Assembly: GCA_016202785.1 (NCBI GenBank)
Contig: JACQOC010000023.1
Span: forward strand, 1-34,119
Direction of reading: 5' to 3'
Length of the DNA: 34,119 bases
Source: Candidatus Aenigmatarchaeota archaeon
Lineage (GTDB): Archaea; Aenigmatarchaeota; Aenigmatarchaeia; QMZP01
In this document: piece by piece, positions 23,449 through 32,836 of the stretch
Numbering within the stretch: position 1 is the first letter of the stretch
Layout: every line of letters begins with the position of its first letter
Notes under the pieces: generated by a model
Databases searched by the model: none
The model's input: the letters and a program-made list of their open reading frames with translations, nothing else
What the model was told of the DNA's origin: nothing
Program-made: the position numbers and the translations under genes

Positions 23449-25812
23449 TCAGCGCTTCTTCCAGAAGCCGGCCAGGCTGAACTGCTTGTCCCCGTCGGAC
23501 AAGATATCGCTTTCCGTGACGCCCAAGTTGCCCAGGATGCGCAAAGCAGCCGGCACGACCTGGTTGCGGACGTAGTATTCCGGGTCGTAATCCTGGGCGA
23601 AGTCGGCCGGGGCGGCCCGCTCCGAAATCGTGCCGGCGCCTTTGGTTATTATGTAGCCGATCACCGTGCCTTCCGCCACGCGACCGCCCAGTTGCTGCAG
23701 CTTGCGCGCCGCGCTGAGATGGGGCGACTCTTGCTCATATTCAGCCAGCGGTTTGGTGACCTGGCTGAAAATGATCACTTCTTCATTGGCCGCGCTTCCG
23801 GAACGCAGCCGGGCAACGGCGGCGCGCACCAGGCCGATGGCTTTCTCCGGCGAGCGGTCCTGCAGGATGGCACGCAGCACCGCTTCCTGGGTGTCTCTAG
23901 CTATCTTGGCCCAGTCCCTGCGCCTGGTTTCCATGCCGCGCATCACCAGGTTGCCGTTGGCCTCGAGCAGCGCATATTTCTTTTTGGCCGCGCTGCCGGC
24001 CTTGGACTGGATGAAGATGCCGCGCTTGTAGAAGCCTTTGAACTCCAGTTCCATGGTCCCCGGCAACTTTTTATTGACCGCCGCGACAAACCGGCGCGCA
24101 TCTTTCTTCGCTTCCATGGACAGGAAGATGGAATCGGTGTCGCCGTATATGACTGGCAAGCCCATGCCTTCGGCGGTGGCTATAAGGCCCTTTATGTAGC
24201 GCCGGCCCCACGCCGTTATGGCTTCCGCGCACAGCCTGGAATACCAGCGGCTACCCGCATAACCATAATAGCCGTAGAACGCGTTGGCGAGGATCTTCAG
24301 GGCCAATTGCTCGCTTTCCGCTGCCTTGCCCCTAGCTTTCTTCAGCAGCAGCCGTTTCTTCACCACCGCCTCCAGCACGCCGGGCATGAAACCCTTCTGC
24401 TGCAGGCAAAACTGGTGCTCGCTTTCCGGCGCGGTGTTGGAGCGGCATGCCGGATGCTGGCAGATGGTGTCCGGCGAGACGTTATGGGTCAAGATTATCG
24501 AGGGATACAGGCTTTGGAAGTCGAAAACGGCTATGTTGTCGTGCATGCCCTTCTCCGGCAAGTGTACGTATCCGCCTTTGTAGGAAGCAGCGGCACGCCG
24601 CCGTTTGACCTCGGCAGTGCGCGGCCGGTTCAGGACGATCTCATTGTTAGCGTAGGCTTTGCGCACCAGCAGGCCTTCGACCAGCTGGGAATACGCCATG
24701 CGGCAGACATCGAACGGCAGTTGGCCGGTCAGCTGGGACAGGCTGAACAGCAACGGCAACAGCCGCTCGGCCAGGCGCAGCGCCAGCTGGCTGTCGGTCT
24801 TGCAGTATTCCGCAACCTGCTCAAGGCCTCGCTGTTCCCGCCACGCCCTCTGAATGTCGATCCATTTCATCTGCTGCTTGCCGGCTCCGAGCAGTTCCTT
24901 CGCCACCATGTCCAAGGTAAGGGTTTCCGATTCCAGGTTGGGCGCCATGACGTTTTCGACAAAACTGTAGGTATCGATGTGCACCAGGCCGGGCAAGCGT
25001 GCCGCGGTTATTCGGCCGCGCCGGACAAACAACACTGGCATGTCGTCCTTACCGAAGCGCAGCTGGATGCCGTGCCGCGCGGCAGCGGCCAGCAGCTTGG
25101 GGAAGTCATAGCGGTCGGTGTTGTAGCCGGTGATGATGGCTGGATCATTGTCCCGCACCAGCTGCGCGAAGCGCTCCAATAGCGCTTTCTCGCCATCCAG
25201 CACTTCCGCCCCCGGCACGCTGACCGGCGCGTAAGTCAGCAGCTTGCTCAGCCCTTCGGTGTCGGCCAGCGATGCCATTATGATCCTCTCCTCGCCGTTC
25301 TCCTCCGCGACTTCGATGTCAAAGGCCATGATGTGGGGGCGCGGGGCAACTTTTCTGTCAGCAGGCACGATCTGCTGGGCGGCCAGCCCGGCGGCATCGC
25401 CCTTGACAGTTAACCAGCCGGCCGGCTGCAGGCCCTTGTCGATGAGATAGCGCTTGTAGAGCGGCATGCCGTATTCATAGCCCGCTTTCACTTCGTCCAC
25501 GCGCTTGGCCGCATCCCAAAAAACGGCAGCCTGGTCTTGCCGGTCAAAGGTTACCTGCAGCAGACGCTTCGGCTGGCCGAGCAGCTTGCGCTCCACCGCC
25601 TCCACTTGGCCTGGGACAATGCCGCCTACGCCAGCAGCCAGGTGGTGCTGGAGCTGCGCACGGTCGGCATCCTCCCGCGGCTCCAGATAGAAGTACGGGC
25701 TTACCGACCGATCGCTGACCGCAACCTTGCTCCCGTTCTGGTTCACCCCGGACAGGACAATAAACGGTTCCCGGTATTCTGCGTCAAGCAGGAACAGTTG
25801 GACGTCGCCCAT
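23449..25812 (-). CDS. polB: DNA polymerase, family B
   Basis: Exo I (MAFDIEV), Exo II (GYNTDRYDFP), Pol motifs (DFQSLYPSII, KILANAFYGYYGY, YGDTDS). 787 aa with no intein-sized insertion. Confidence 0.95.
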   Translation of the reverse strand: MGDVQLFLLDAEYREPFIVLSGVNQNGSKVAVSDRSVSPYFYLEPREDADRAQLQHHLAAGVGGIVPGQVEAVERKLLGQPKRLLQVTFDRQDQAAVFWDAAKRVDEVKAGYEYGMPLYKRYLIDKGLQPAGWLTVKGDAAGLAAQQIVPADRKVAPRPHIMAFDIEVAEENGEERIIMASLADTEGLSKLLTYAPVSVPGAEVLDGEKALLERFAQLVRDNDPAIITGYNTDRYDFPKLLAAAARHGIQLRFGKDDMPVLFVRRGRITAARLPGLVHIDTYSFVENVMAPNLESETLTLDMVAKELLGAGKQQMKWIDIQRAWREQRGLEQVAEYCKTDSQLALRLAERLLPLLFSLSQLTGQLPFDVCRMAYSQLVEGLLVRKAYANNEIVLNRPRTAEVKRRRAAASYKGGYVHLPEKGMHDNIAVFDFQSLYPSIILTHNVSPDTICQHPACRSNTAPESEHQFCLQQKGFMPGVLEAVVKKRLLLKKARGKAAESEQLALKILANAFYGYYGYAGSRWYSRLCAEAITAWGRRYIKGLIATAEGMGLPVIYGDTDSIFLSMEAKKDARRFVAAVNKKLPGTMELEFKGFYKRGIFIQSKAGSAAKKKYALLEANGNLVMRGMETRRRDWAKIARDTQEAVLRAILQDRSPEKAIGLVRAAVARLRSGSAANEEVIIFSQVTKPLAEYEQESPHLSAARKLQQLGGRVAEGTVIGYIITKGAGTISERAAPADFAQDYDPEYYVRNQVVPAALRILGNLGVTESDILSDGDKQFSLAGFWKKR

Positions 25813-25855
25813 ACTAGAAATTTGGCGGTGCGCATTAAAACGGCATGTAGGCAGC

Positions 25856-27040
25856 TTACGGCTTCATCCACTCGATTTCGTAGTAGCTGTAGCTGGAATC
25901 CGGATCCAGCGATATCTCCTTCAGCACGTAATAGGTCACGCTCGTCTCCCGGTCGGTTATCGACAGCAGCAGCTCAAGGCCGAGGTCATGCGCCTTCTTC
26001 AGCAGGCTGGCCAGCTCCAGGCCGCCCAGGTGCTCGTCTTCTGACACGGCAAGCATCAGATAGCGCGGGCCGTCCGACGGCGTCTCGCGCACCAAATTGC
26101 CTTTCTCGCGCTTGCGCCGGAAGGCCAGGAAATGCGAGCCGTATTCCAAATAGTCCTTCTCCGCCAGCTTGGGGATGGCCAATATGAACGTCTTCTTTAC
26201 GCTGTGCGCCACCCTTACCACCCTGGCCCATTCCGAGATCAGCAGCTTCTGCTCTTTCGGGAATACGTGCAAAACGTGCTTGGAGTGCACCCATTTGCCG
26301 CCTTTCGACGGCCCAGCTCCAGGAAAATAGATGCGGAAGTGGCTGCCGAACTTGAAGCCGGTCTTGACCACGTAACCGGCCAGCCGCCAGCCTTCATACA
26401 CCCCATACAGATGGCCGATATATTCCCGCTTGGCAGCCAGTTGCTCCAGAATGGCCGCATGGCCCAGCTCCCTGCCGCTTGCCACGTCCGTCACCTTAAA
26501 GCCGAAGTGCTTGGCCAGGAAGATGGTTTCCAGCGAGCTGAGCTTGAGCAGGTCGCCGCGCGCCTGCTTGTAGATGCCGTACTGGCCCAGCCAGTAATTC
26601 TCGAACAGCTCGCGGCCGACTTCCTCATCCTCCTCAACGGCAAACATGGAATCGCTGTACCAGAACAGCCGGGAAACCTTCGACGGCTGCCTTAAGGGGG
26701 CGGTCGGGTACTTCTTGGCGCCGTGCGCCTCCTTGCTGCCGGAAAATGCCTCCAGCCGTTTGATGACCAGGCCGCGGTCGCGCCAGTCGCGGTAGGCATT
26801 GAACCTGACGAAGAGGTTCTTCTCCTGCTTGGCGAAATGGGCGGCCAGGCCATTGAAGCTGAGCTCGCTGCCTTCGCTCCTGCATACGGCATTCTGGAAA
26901 CCCATCAGGAACAAGGCCTCTTCGATTTCCAACCAGAGCTTGCCGTTGCTGAGCTTGCCGAAATGGTTCTTGTCCAGCTTGTCCGCATCTTCCCCTTCCG
27001 CCCAGATCCCTTTCCCGCTTTCGAAGTTTATGGCGAGCAT
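25856..27040 (-). CDS. endA: tRNA-splicing endonuclease, large multi-unit form (394 aa)
   Basis: The central catalytic unit is YGVYEGWRLAGYVVKTGFKFGSHFRIY...HSKHVLHVF...ISEWARVVRVAHSVKKTFILAI (Tyr/His/Lys triad context). It is flanked by an N-terminal EndA-like unit (LEIEEALFLMGF...YRDWRDRGLVIK) and a C-terminal structural-type unit (YLMLAVSEDEHLGGLELASLLKKAHDLGLELLLSITDRETSVTYYVL). Confidence 0.85.
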   Translation of the reverse strand: MLAINFESGKGIWAEGEDADKLDKNHFGKLSNGKLWLEIEEALFLMGFQNAVCRSEGSELSFNGLAAHFAKQEKNLFVRFNAYRDWRDRGLVIKRLEAFSGSKEAHGAKKYPTAPLRQPSKVSRLFWYSDSMFAVEEDEEVGRELFENYWLGQYGIYKQARGDLLKLSSLETIFLAKHFGFKVTDVASGRELGHAAILEQLAAKREYIGHLYGVYEGWRLAGYVVKTGFKFGSHFRIYFPGAGPSKGGKWVHSKHVLHVFPKEQKLLISEWARVVRVAHSVKKTFILAIPKLAEKDYLEYGSHFLAFRRKREKGNLVRETPSDGPRYLMLAVSEDEHLGGLELASLLKKAHDLGLELLLSITDRETSVTYYVLKEISLDPDSSYSYYEIEWMKP

Positions 27041-27171
27041 AGTATGTGTTCCATCCCCGGCTTAAATGGCTCTGCTTTTCAAGTATTTATGCTCTGTGCC
27101 GAAAATAGTCACGATTGAACGGCGGCCGGAAACGGCAGCGCGCGGCTTCAGGCAACGGCAAAGGACTAGGC

Positions 27172-27858
27172 ATGAAGGCGGTAATACTTGCGGGCGGAAA
27201 GGGCACCAGATTGCGGCCGTACACTTATGCGGTGCCAAAACCCTTGCTGCCGTACAAGGGCAAACCTATATTGGAAAACATAATAGACTATTTGAAATCC
27301 TACGGCATCAGGGACATAATCCTGTCCATCGGCTACCTGGGCTACCAGATAAAGAACTATTTCGGCGACGGTTCCCGGTTCGGCGTTGCCATCGAATACA
27401 TCGAGGAAAAGGAATCGATGGGCACCGCCGGCTGCTTGACCCTGCTGAAAGACCGGCTGAAGGGCACCTTTCTGCTGTTCGGCGGCGACAACATAACCGA
27501 CCTGAACCTGGACGGCTTCATCAAATTCCATAAGAAAAGCGGCGCGCTGCTGACGGTTGCGCTGTTCGAGCATATTGAAAAGGCGCAGTGGGGCATATAC
27601 GAAATAGACGGGAAAGGCGCGGTGCAGAAATTCTTGGAGAAGCCGGAGTTTAGGCACGATGCCGGCACCATGATTTTCTGCGTCGAGCCGGCAATCATGG
27701 CCTACCTGCCGGAAAAGGTGAAGGGCGTCATCAACTTGACCGACCACATCGTGCCAAAGCTGCTGGAAAGAAAGGAGAAGGTGTTCGGCTACCGGTTCTC
27801 CGGCCAATGGATAGATATAGGCAACGTCGAGGAATATAACAGATTGAACGCGGAGTGA
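27172..27858 (+). CDS. Sugar-1-phosphate nucleotidylyltransferase (NTP_transferase family)
   Basis: MKAVILAGGKGTRLRPYTYAVPKPLLP, then GTAG and GGDN. Confidence 0.85.
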   Translation: MKAVILAGGKGTRLRPYTYAVPKPLLPYKGKPILENIIDYLKSYGIRDIILSIGYLGYQIKNYFGDGSRFGVAIEYIEEKESMGTAGCLTLLKDRLKGTFLLFGGDNITDLNLDGFIKFHKKSGALLTVALFEHIEKAQWGIYEIDGKGAVQKFLEKPEFRHDAGTMIFCVEPAIMAYLPEKVKGVINLTDHIVPKLLERKEKVFGYRFSGQWIDIGNVEEYNRLNAE

Positions 27859-27859
27859 C

Positions 27860-28765
27860 ATGGCAAAGACGGTTCTCATCACCGGCGGGGCAGGCTTCAT
27901 CGGCTCGCACATCGCGCGCTCCTTGTCTGGGGCAAAGCTCATAGTGCTGGACAACCTGCAGACCGGCGCCCGCAAGAATGTTGAAGGCATTGAAGCCGAA
28001 TTCATCAAAGCGGACTGCACTGACATCCCAAGCTTAGGCCTGGCCGGCAAGGGGATAACGGAGATATACCACCTCGGCATGCCGTCCTCATCGCCGCTTT
28101 ACAAGGATGACCACAACCTTGTCGGCTATGCGATAAACGGCTCGATTTGCGTGTTCGATCTGGCCAAAGACTGCCGGGCAAAAGTCGTGTACGCCTCTTC
28201 CTCTTCCCTTTACAACGGCATCGACCCGCCGCACCGGGAGGACATGCCGATAAAGGTAACTGACTATTACACCGAGGCCCGGTATGGTGTGGAGCGGATG
28301 GCCAGGCTTTACCACACGCTGTACGGCGTCCAGTCCATAGGCCTGAGGTTGTTCAGCGTCTATGGCCCTGGAGAGAATTCTAAGGGCAAGCTGGCCAACA
28401 TTATCTCGCAATTCCTCTGGTCCATGCAAGCAAACGAACAGCCTTTGATTTATGGCGGCGGCGAGCAGACCAGGGACTTCACCTATGTCAAGGACGTTGC
28501 CAGGGCGTTCCGGCTGGCCATGGCCTCCTCGATAGAATGCGATGTGTTCAATATAGGCACTGGCCAGATGACCAGTTTCAACCAGGTTGTTGCCCGGCTG
28601 GCGCAGCAGCTGGGCGTGAGCATAGACGCCAAGCGGATAGAGAACCCGATAAAGAACTATGTCGGCTATACCCAAGCGGATACCAGCAAGGCTAGGAAAG
28701 CGCTAGGCTTCCAAGCGGAGTACAGCCTCGAACAAGGCATCAGAGAGCTTATTAAAAGCGCTTAG
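27860..28765 (+). CDS. NAD-dependent nucleotide-sugar epimerase/dehydratase (extended SDR)
   Basis: VLITGGAGFIGSH Rossmann motif, ASSSSLY, RLFSVYGPG. The active-site segment reads YTEAR (Y-x-x-x-R) instead of Y-x-x-x-K. Confidence 0.85.
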   Translation: MAKTVLITGGAGFIGSHIARSLSGAKLIVLDNLQTGARKNVEGIEAEFIKADCTDIPSLGLAGKGITEIYHLGMPSSSPLYKDDHNLVGYAINGSICVFDLAKDCRAKVVYASSSSLYNGIDPPHREDMPIKVTDYYTEARYGVERMARLYHTLYGVQSIGLRLFSVYGPGENSKGKLANIISQFLWSMQANEQPLIYGGGEQTRDFTYVKDVARAFRLAMASSIECDVFNIGTGQMTSFNQVVARLAQQLGVSIDAKRIENPIKNYVGYTQADTSKARKALGFQAEYSLEQGIRELIKSA

Positions 28766-28783
28766 GCGCATATTTCATATCCT

Positions 28784-30076
28784 ATGAAAATCGCAATGGT
28801 AGGCGGCAGTGGCTATGTCGGCCTGTGCACCGGCGTCGGCCTGGCCGGCAAGGGCCATGTGGTCGTTTGCATCGACCAGGACCAGGCCAAGGTGGCAATG
28901 CTGCAGGCCGGCAAAAGCCCGCTATACGAGCCGGGCCTTGAGGCGGCGCTCAAGGCGGCAATCGGCCAAGGCCGGCTGACGGCAACTTCAGACATTGACA
29001 AAGGCGTGGCAGGCTGCCAGGCCATTTTCATCACTGTCGGCACTCCATCCAACGCCGACGGCAGCATCGACCTTTCCTATATCAAGGCGGCCAGTGCGCA
29101 GATCGGCGCAGCGGTACGGGGCCGCAAAGACTATTTTGTCGTCATTGTCAAGTCCACGGTAGTGCCGGAAACCACGGAGAAGGTGGTCAGGCCAGCGCTT
29201 GAGCAGGCTTCCGGCAAAGTTGCCGGCAAGGGTTTCGGCCTGGTCATGAACCCTGAATTCCTCAGGGAGGGCAAAGCCTTGGACGACTTCTTGATGCCGG
29301 ACCGCATCGTGATAGGTTCCCTGGACCAGCGGTCTGGGGATGTTGCGGAGCAGATTTACCATAACTTCCAAGCGCCCAAGCTGCGCACCGACCTGAAAAC
29401 GGCAGAGATGATAAAATATGCGGGCAATGCCATGCTCGCCACCAAGATCTCGTTCATCAACGAGATTGGCAACATCTGCAAGTTGCTGGGCATAGACGCG
29501 TACAAGGTCGCGGAAGGCATCGGCCTGGACAAACGGATTGGGCCGCACTTCCTGAACAGCGGCATCGGCTGGGGTGGTTCCTGTTTTCCGAAGGATGTGG
29601 CAGCGCTGGTCGCCAAGGCCAAGGAGATTGGCTATGAGCCAAGGCTTCTGGATGAGGTTACCGCGCTTAATGCCAGGCAGAAGGTAAGGATTCTGGACAT
29701 GCTGGAAAGGCGGATGGGTTCAGTCAAAGGCAAGCGCATAGCGGTATTGGGCCTGGCCTTCAAGAACGACACCGACGATATAAGGGACGCGCCGTCCATA
29801 GAGATTATAGGGGCCTTGAAAAAGGCGGGAGCAACGATTGCGGCATACGACCCGCAGGCCATGGGCAACATGCGCAAACTCCATCCGGACATCACTTATG
29901 CGAAGAGTGTGACGGCGGCCTTAGAGGCGGCTGATGCCTGCTTGGTCTTGACTGAATGGAAGGAGTTTGCCGCCTTGGGCAATCGGGATTTTGCGGCTAT
30001 GAGATCGCGCATCATTTTGGAAGGTAGACGGGTATTGGCGGACAGCATATCAGGCAGGGAGGGGGTGTGCTGGTAG
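28784..30076 (+). CDS. ugd: UDP-glucose/GDP-mannose 6-dehydrogenase family
   Basis: MKIAMVGGSGYVGL, NPEFLREG, GWGGSCFPKD (catalytic Cys), LGLAFK..TDD.R. Confidence 0.9.
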   Translation: MKIAMVGGSGYVGLCTGVGLAGKGHVVVCIDQDQAKVAMLQAGKSPLYEPGLEAALKAAIGQGRLTATSDIDKGVAGCQAIFITVGTPSNADGSIDLSYIKAASAQIGAAVRGRKDYFVVIVKSTVVPETTEKVVRPALEQASGKVAGKGFGLVMNPEFLREGKALDDFLMPDRIVIGSLDQRSGDVAEQIYHNFQAPKLRTDLKTAEMIKYAGNAMLATKISFINEIGNICKLLGIDAYKVAEGIGLDKRIGPHFLNSGIGWGGSCFPKDVAALVAKAKEIGYEPRLLDEVTALNARQKVRILDMLERRMGSVKGKRIAVLGLAFKNDTDDIRDAPSIEIIGALKKAGATIAAYDPQAMGNMRKLHPDITYAKSVTAALEAADACLVLTEWKEFAALGNRDFAAMRSRIILEGRRVLADSISGREGVCW

Positions 30077-30082
30077 CATCAT

Positions 30083-30931
30083 ATGAAAAACGAGCCAGTC
30101 ATAGGACTGATTCCTGCCGCCGGGTCGGGAACCAGGCTGTACCCGTTTTCCCGCGCGGTGCCCAAGGAGATGTACCCTATCCTGGGCAAGGCCGTCATTG
30201 AGCATTGCGTCGAGAACCTCAGGGCTGGCGGCGTGGAAAAAGTGTTCATCATCGTCGGCCACCAGAAGGGCGCGATCATGGACTATATAGGAGACGGCTC
30301 TTTTTTCGGCGTGAAGGCCGCATACATCTTCCAGATGATGCGCAAGGGCCTCGGGCATGCAATACTACAGGCGCGCAACTGGATACAGGGCACCTTCATT
30401 ACCATCCTTGGTGATTCCTTCATCGAGCCCAAGGAGGAGATAAAGGATCTCATTGACCTGCACCAGAGGCACAAGCCAGTCGCTACCCTCCTGGTGTTCG
30501 AGGTCGACGATCCCTCCGAATATGGGGTTGTCAAGCTGGGCAAGATGCTGGACCACCACGGCGATGTCCAGAGCCTGGCGGAAAAGCCGGCCAAAGAAAA
30601 GGCCAAAGAGTTTGCCAACAACGACAAATATTACGCAATTACCGGCGCCTACGTATTCGAGCCGAAGATCTTTGACTACATCGACCTGACCAAGGCCGGC
30701 GGCAAAGGCGAGGTGCAGATAACCGACGCCATCGCGTTAGCCATTGAGAAGGGTGAGAAGGTAATGGCGCTCATCCTCAAGGGCAAGTACATAGACATCG
30801 GCAAGTGGCAGACCATTTTCGACGTGGAGGCGAAGCTGCTGAGGGCGCCGGACACCAGCGTATATGTCAAGGACCGCGAGCGCATCATGCGGCTGATCAA
30901 GGACCTGGAAAACAGCAACATGGAGAAATGA
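30083..30931 (+). CDS. galU: UTP-glucose-1-phosphate uridylyltransferase-like nucleotidyltransferase
   Basis: GLIPAAGSGTRLYPFSRAVPKEMYPI and LGHA, with EKP and YIDIG motifs. Confidence 0.8.
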   Translation: MKNEPVIGLIPAAGSGTRLYPFSRAVPKEMYPILGKAVIEHCVENLRAGGVEKVFIIVGHQKGAIMDYIGDGSFFGVKAAYIFQMMRKGLGHAILQARNWIQGTFITILGDSFIEPKEEIKDLIDLHQRHKPVATLLVFEVDDPSEYGVVKLGKMLDHHGDVQSLAEKPAKEKAKEFANNDKYYAITGAYVFEPKIFDYIDLTKAGGKGEVQITDAIALAIEKGEKVMALILKGKYIDIGKWQTIFDVEAKLLRAPDTSVYVKDRERIMRLIKDLENSNMEK

Positions 30932-31914
30932 CTGCCGCCATGCTGCTCAAAGCTGTCTCTTTCGTAATCAGTTTTTCCATACTGGCCGCGCTTATCTATT
31001 TTTCCGACGTAGGCGCGATAGCAGCTGCTGTGGCAAAAGCTGACCCCACATTTTTAGCCGGAGCTTTAGCGCTGGGGATTTCATCATTGGTGTTCAGGGC
31101 GCTCCGCTGGCGCTATCTGCTGGCCAAGATCGGCATAACGGCCGGCTTCAGCACGCTGTTCAGCGTCTTCATGGCCGGCATGTTCGTGTCCAATGTCACG
31201 CCGGCCAAGGCCGGCGATCCGTATCGCAGTTATTTGCTCAAGCAGAAGACCGGCGCCAAGTTCTCTGAGAACCTGCCGTCGGTGGTTATAGAGCGGGTTG
31301 CTGACCTAGTGGCCATCATAACCATCGCATTGGTCGGCATTTTATCCATAGCTTCGTTCCCCTATAAGGACATACTTGCCATAGTCATAGTCGGGTACGC
31401 CATCACCATTCTGGTGGTCATCCTTGTCGGGTTCAAGGAGAAATACGCAAAAATCCTCTCCGGCATCATATTCAAGGTTTTCGGTGCGTTGCCTCGAATA
31501 AGCAAACTGCGCGAAAGGGCGGAAGGCATGATATCCGATTTCAATACTTCGTTCCGGAAATATGGCAAGACGCAGCTTCTTTTCATCATCTTCCTCTGGA
31601 GCCTGTGTGTCTGGTTGGTTGATGGTCTCATTGTTTACACGGTTTTCCTAGCATTCGGCCTGCAGCCAAGCTATCTTATTGTGCTGTTTGTGATAGCGGT
31701 TTCTGTGCTGATTGGAATAGCCTCAAGTTTGCCGGGAGGAATCGGCTCGTCTGATGCAATATCAGCTGTTTTATATTCCACTCTTCTATCCCTGCCGCTA
31801 TCAACAGCGGCCGCGTTGGCGCTGGTCAGCCGGCTGTTTGGCATCTGGTTAACAATAGTTATCGGCGCATTCTTTTTCACCAGATCATCATCGCAGCCCA
31901 GAAACGAGCAATAA
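30928..31914 (+). CDS. Flippase-like polytopic membrane protein (UPF0104 / LPG_synthase_TM family)
   Basis: The ATG at 30928 forms an ATGA overlap with the galU-like stop. About 8 TM helices, R.LRWRYLL, TPAKAGDP.R. Confidence 0.7.
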   Translation: MTAAMLLKAVSFVISFSILAALIYFSDVGAIAAAVAKADPTFLAGALALGISSLVFRALRWRYLLAKIGITAGFSTLFSVFMAGMFVSNVTPAKAGDPYRSYLLKQKTGAKFSENLPSVVIERVADLVAIITIALVGILSIASFPYKDILAIVIVGYAITILVVILVGFKEKYAKILSGIIFKVFGALPRISKLRERAEGMISDFNTSFRKYGKTQLLFIIFLWSLCVWLVDGLIVYTVFLAFGLQPSYLIVLFVIAVSVLIGIASSLPGGIGSSDAISAVLYSTLLSLPLSTAAALALVSRLFGIWLTIVIGAFFFTRSSSQPRNEQ

Positions 31915-31942
31915 CCAAAGCCTGGCGCATATTAAGCCAAAG

Positions 31943-32836
31943 ATGCCAACATTTCCTATGAAAGTTGCGGTAATTATCCCAACTTACAACGAGGAGAAGG
32001 CGATAGCCAAGGTAGTCAGGGGTTTTAGGGCTGCTGGCTTCTCCGATATTTATGTTATTGATGGCTTTTCCACGGATCGCACGACGGACGTGGCTAAAGC
32101 CTCTGGGGCACTGGTCATAAATAGGGATAGGCATGGAAAAGGCGATGCTATAAGGACAGCGCTAAGGAAAATCGAGGCTGACGTCTATGTCATATCTGAT
32201 GGTGACGGCACTTACGACCCCAAAGAAGCCAGGAAGCTTTTGGACCTTTTGAAAGACAAGAAAGCGCACATGGCGGTAGGCGTGCGCGACCGCCAAAACG
32301 TCGGATGGTTCAACTCTATAGGCAACGCTGCCTTCAACATGTTCCTCTGGTTTGCATACAATAAGAGGTTTCGCGACACGCAGTCAGGGTATAGGGCGTT
32401 GACCAAGTCGCTGGCCAAAAGCGTGGTTCTGGCTTACGACGATTTCCAGGTGGAGGCGGAAATGACGGTCGAGGCCCTGGAAAAGGGCTTCTCAATAGCC
32501 GAAGTGCCGATATCATATCGCAAGCGGATCGGCAAGACAAAGCTGAACCCATTGGTGGATGGGTGGAAAATAGGCCTTGCTCTAGTCCGCTTCCTAAGGG
32601 ATTACAAGCCATTAAAGTTTTTCTGGTCGCTAAGTGCGGCCAGCCTGGCAATAAGCCTGGTATTTTTCTACCGCGTGTTCACTGAATTTCTGGATACCGG
32701 GAAGGTCAAGCTGATCGGATCTGCGCTGCTGTCCGGGGTTCTGTTCTTGTTGGCTATAGAACTCTTGATTGCCGGCCTCTTGGCCGATCTGCTGGGGCAG
32801 AGGTTGAAAAAAATGGCAAAACACCTTGATTATTAG
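31943..32836 (+). CDS. GT2 polyprenol-phosphate glycosyltransferase (Dpm1/AglD-like) with two C-terminal TM helices
   Basis: VAVIIPTYNEE, DG.S.D.T, SDGDGTYDP, DTQSGYRAL. The C-terminal hydrophobic helices are SLVFFYRVF and LLSGVLFLLAIELLIAGLLADLL. Confidence 0.85.
   Translation: MPTFPMKVAVIIPTYNEEKAIAKVVRGFRAAGFSDIYVIDGFSTDRTTDVAKASGALVINRDRHGKGDAIRTALRKIEADVYVISDGDGTYDPKEARKLLDLLKDKKAHMAVGVRDRQNVGWFNSIGNAAFNMFLWFAYNKRFRDTQSGYRALTKSLAKSVVLAYDDFQVEAEMTVEALEKGFSIAEVPISYRKRIGKTKLNPLVDGWKIGLALVRFLRDYKPLKFFWSLSAASLAISLVFFYRVFTEFLDTGKVKLIGSALLSGVLFLLAIELLIAGLLADLLGQRLKKMAKHLDY

Noticed and set aside
23692-25182. 496-aa plus-strand ORF
   Set aside because: It is entirely antisense to the family-B DNA polymerase gene, whose motifs are unambiguous. 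The product is Arg/Gly/Ala/Gln-rich and low in complexity, as is typical of antisense frames in GC-rich coding DNA.
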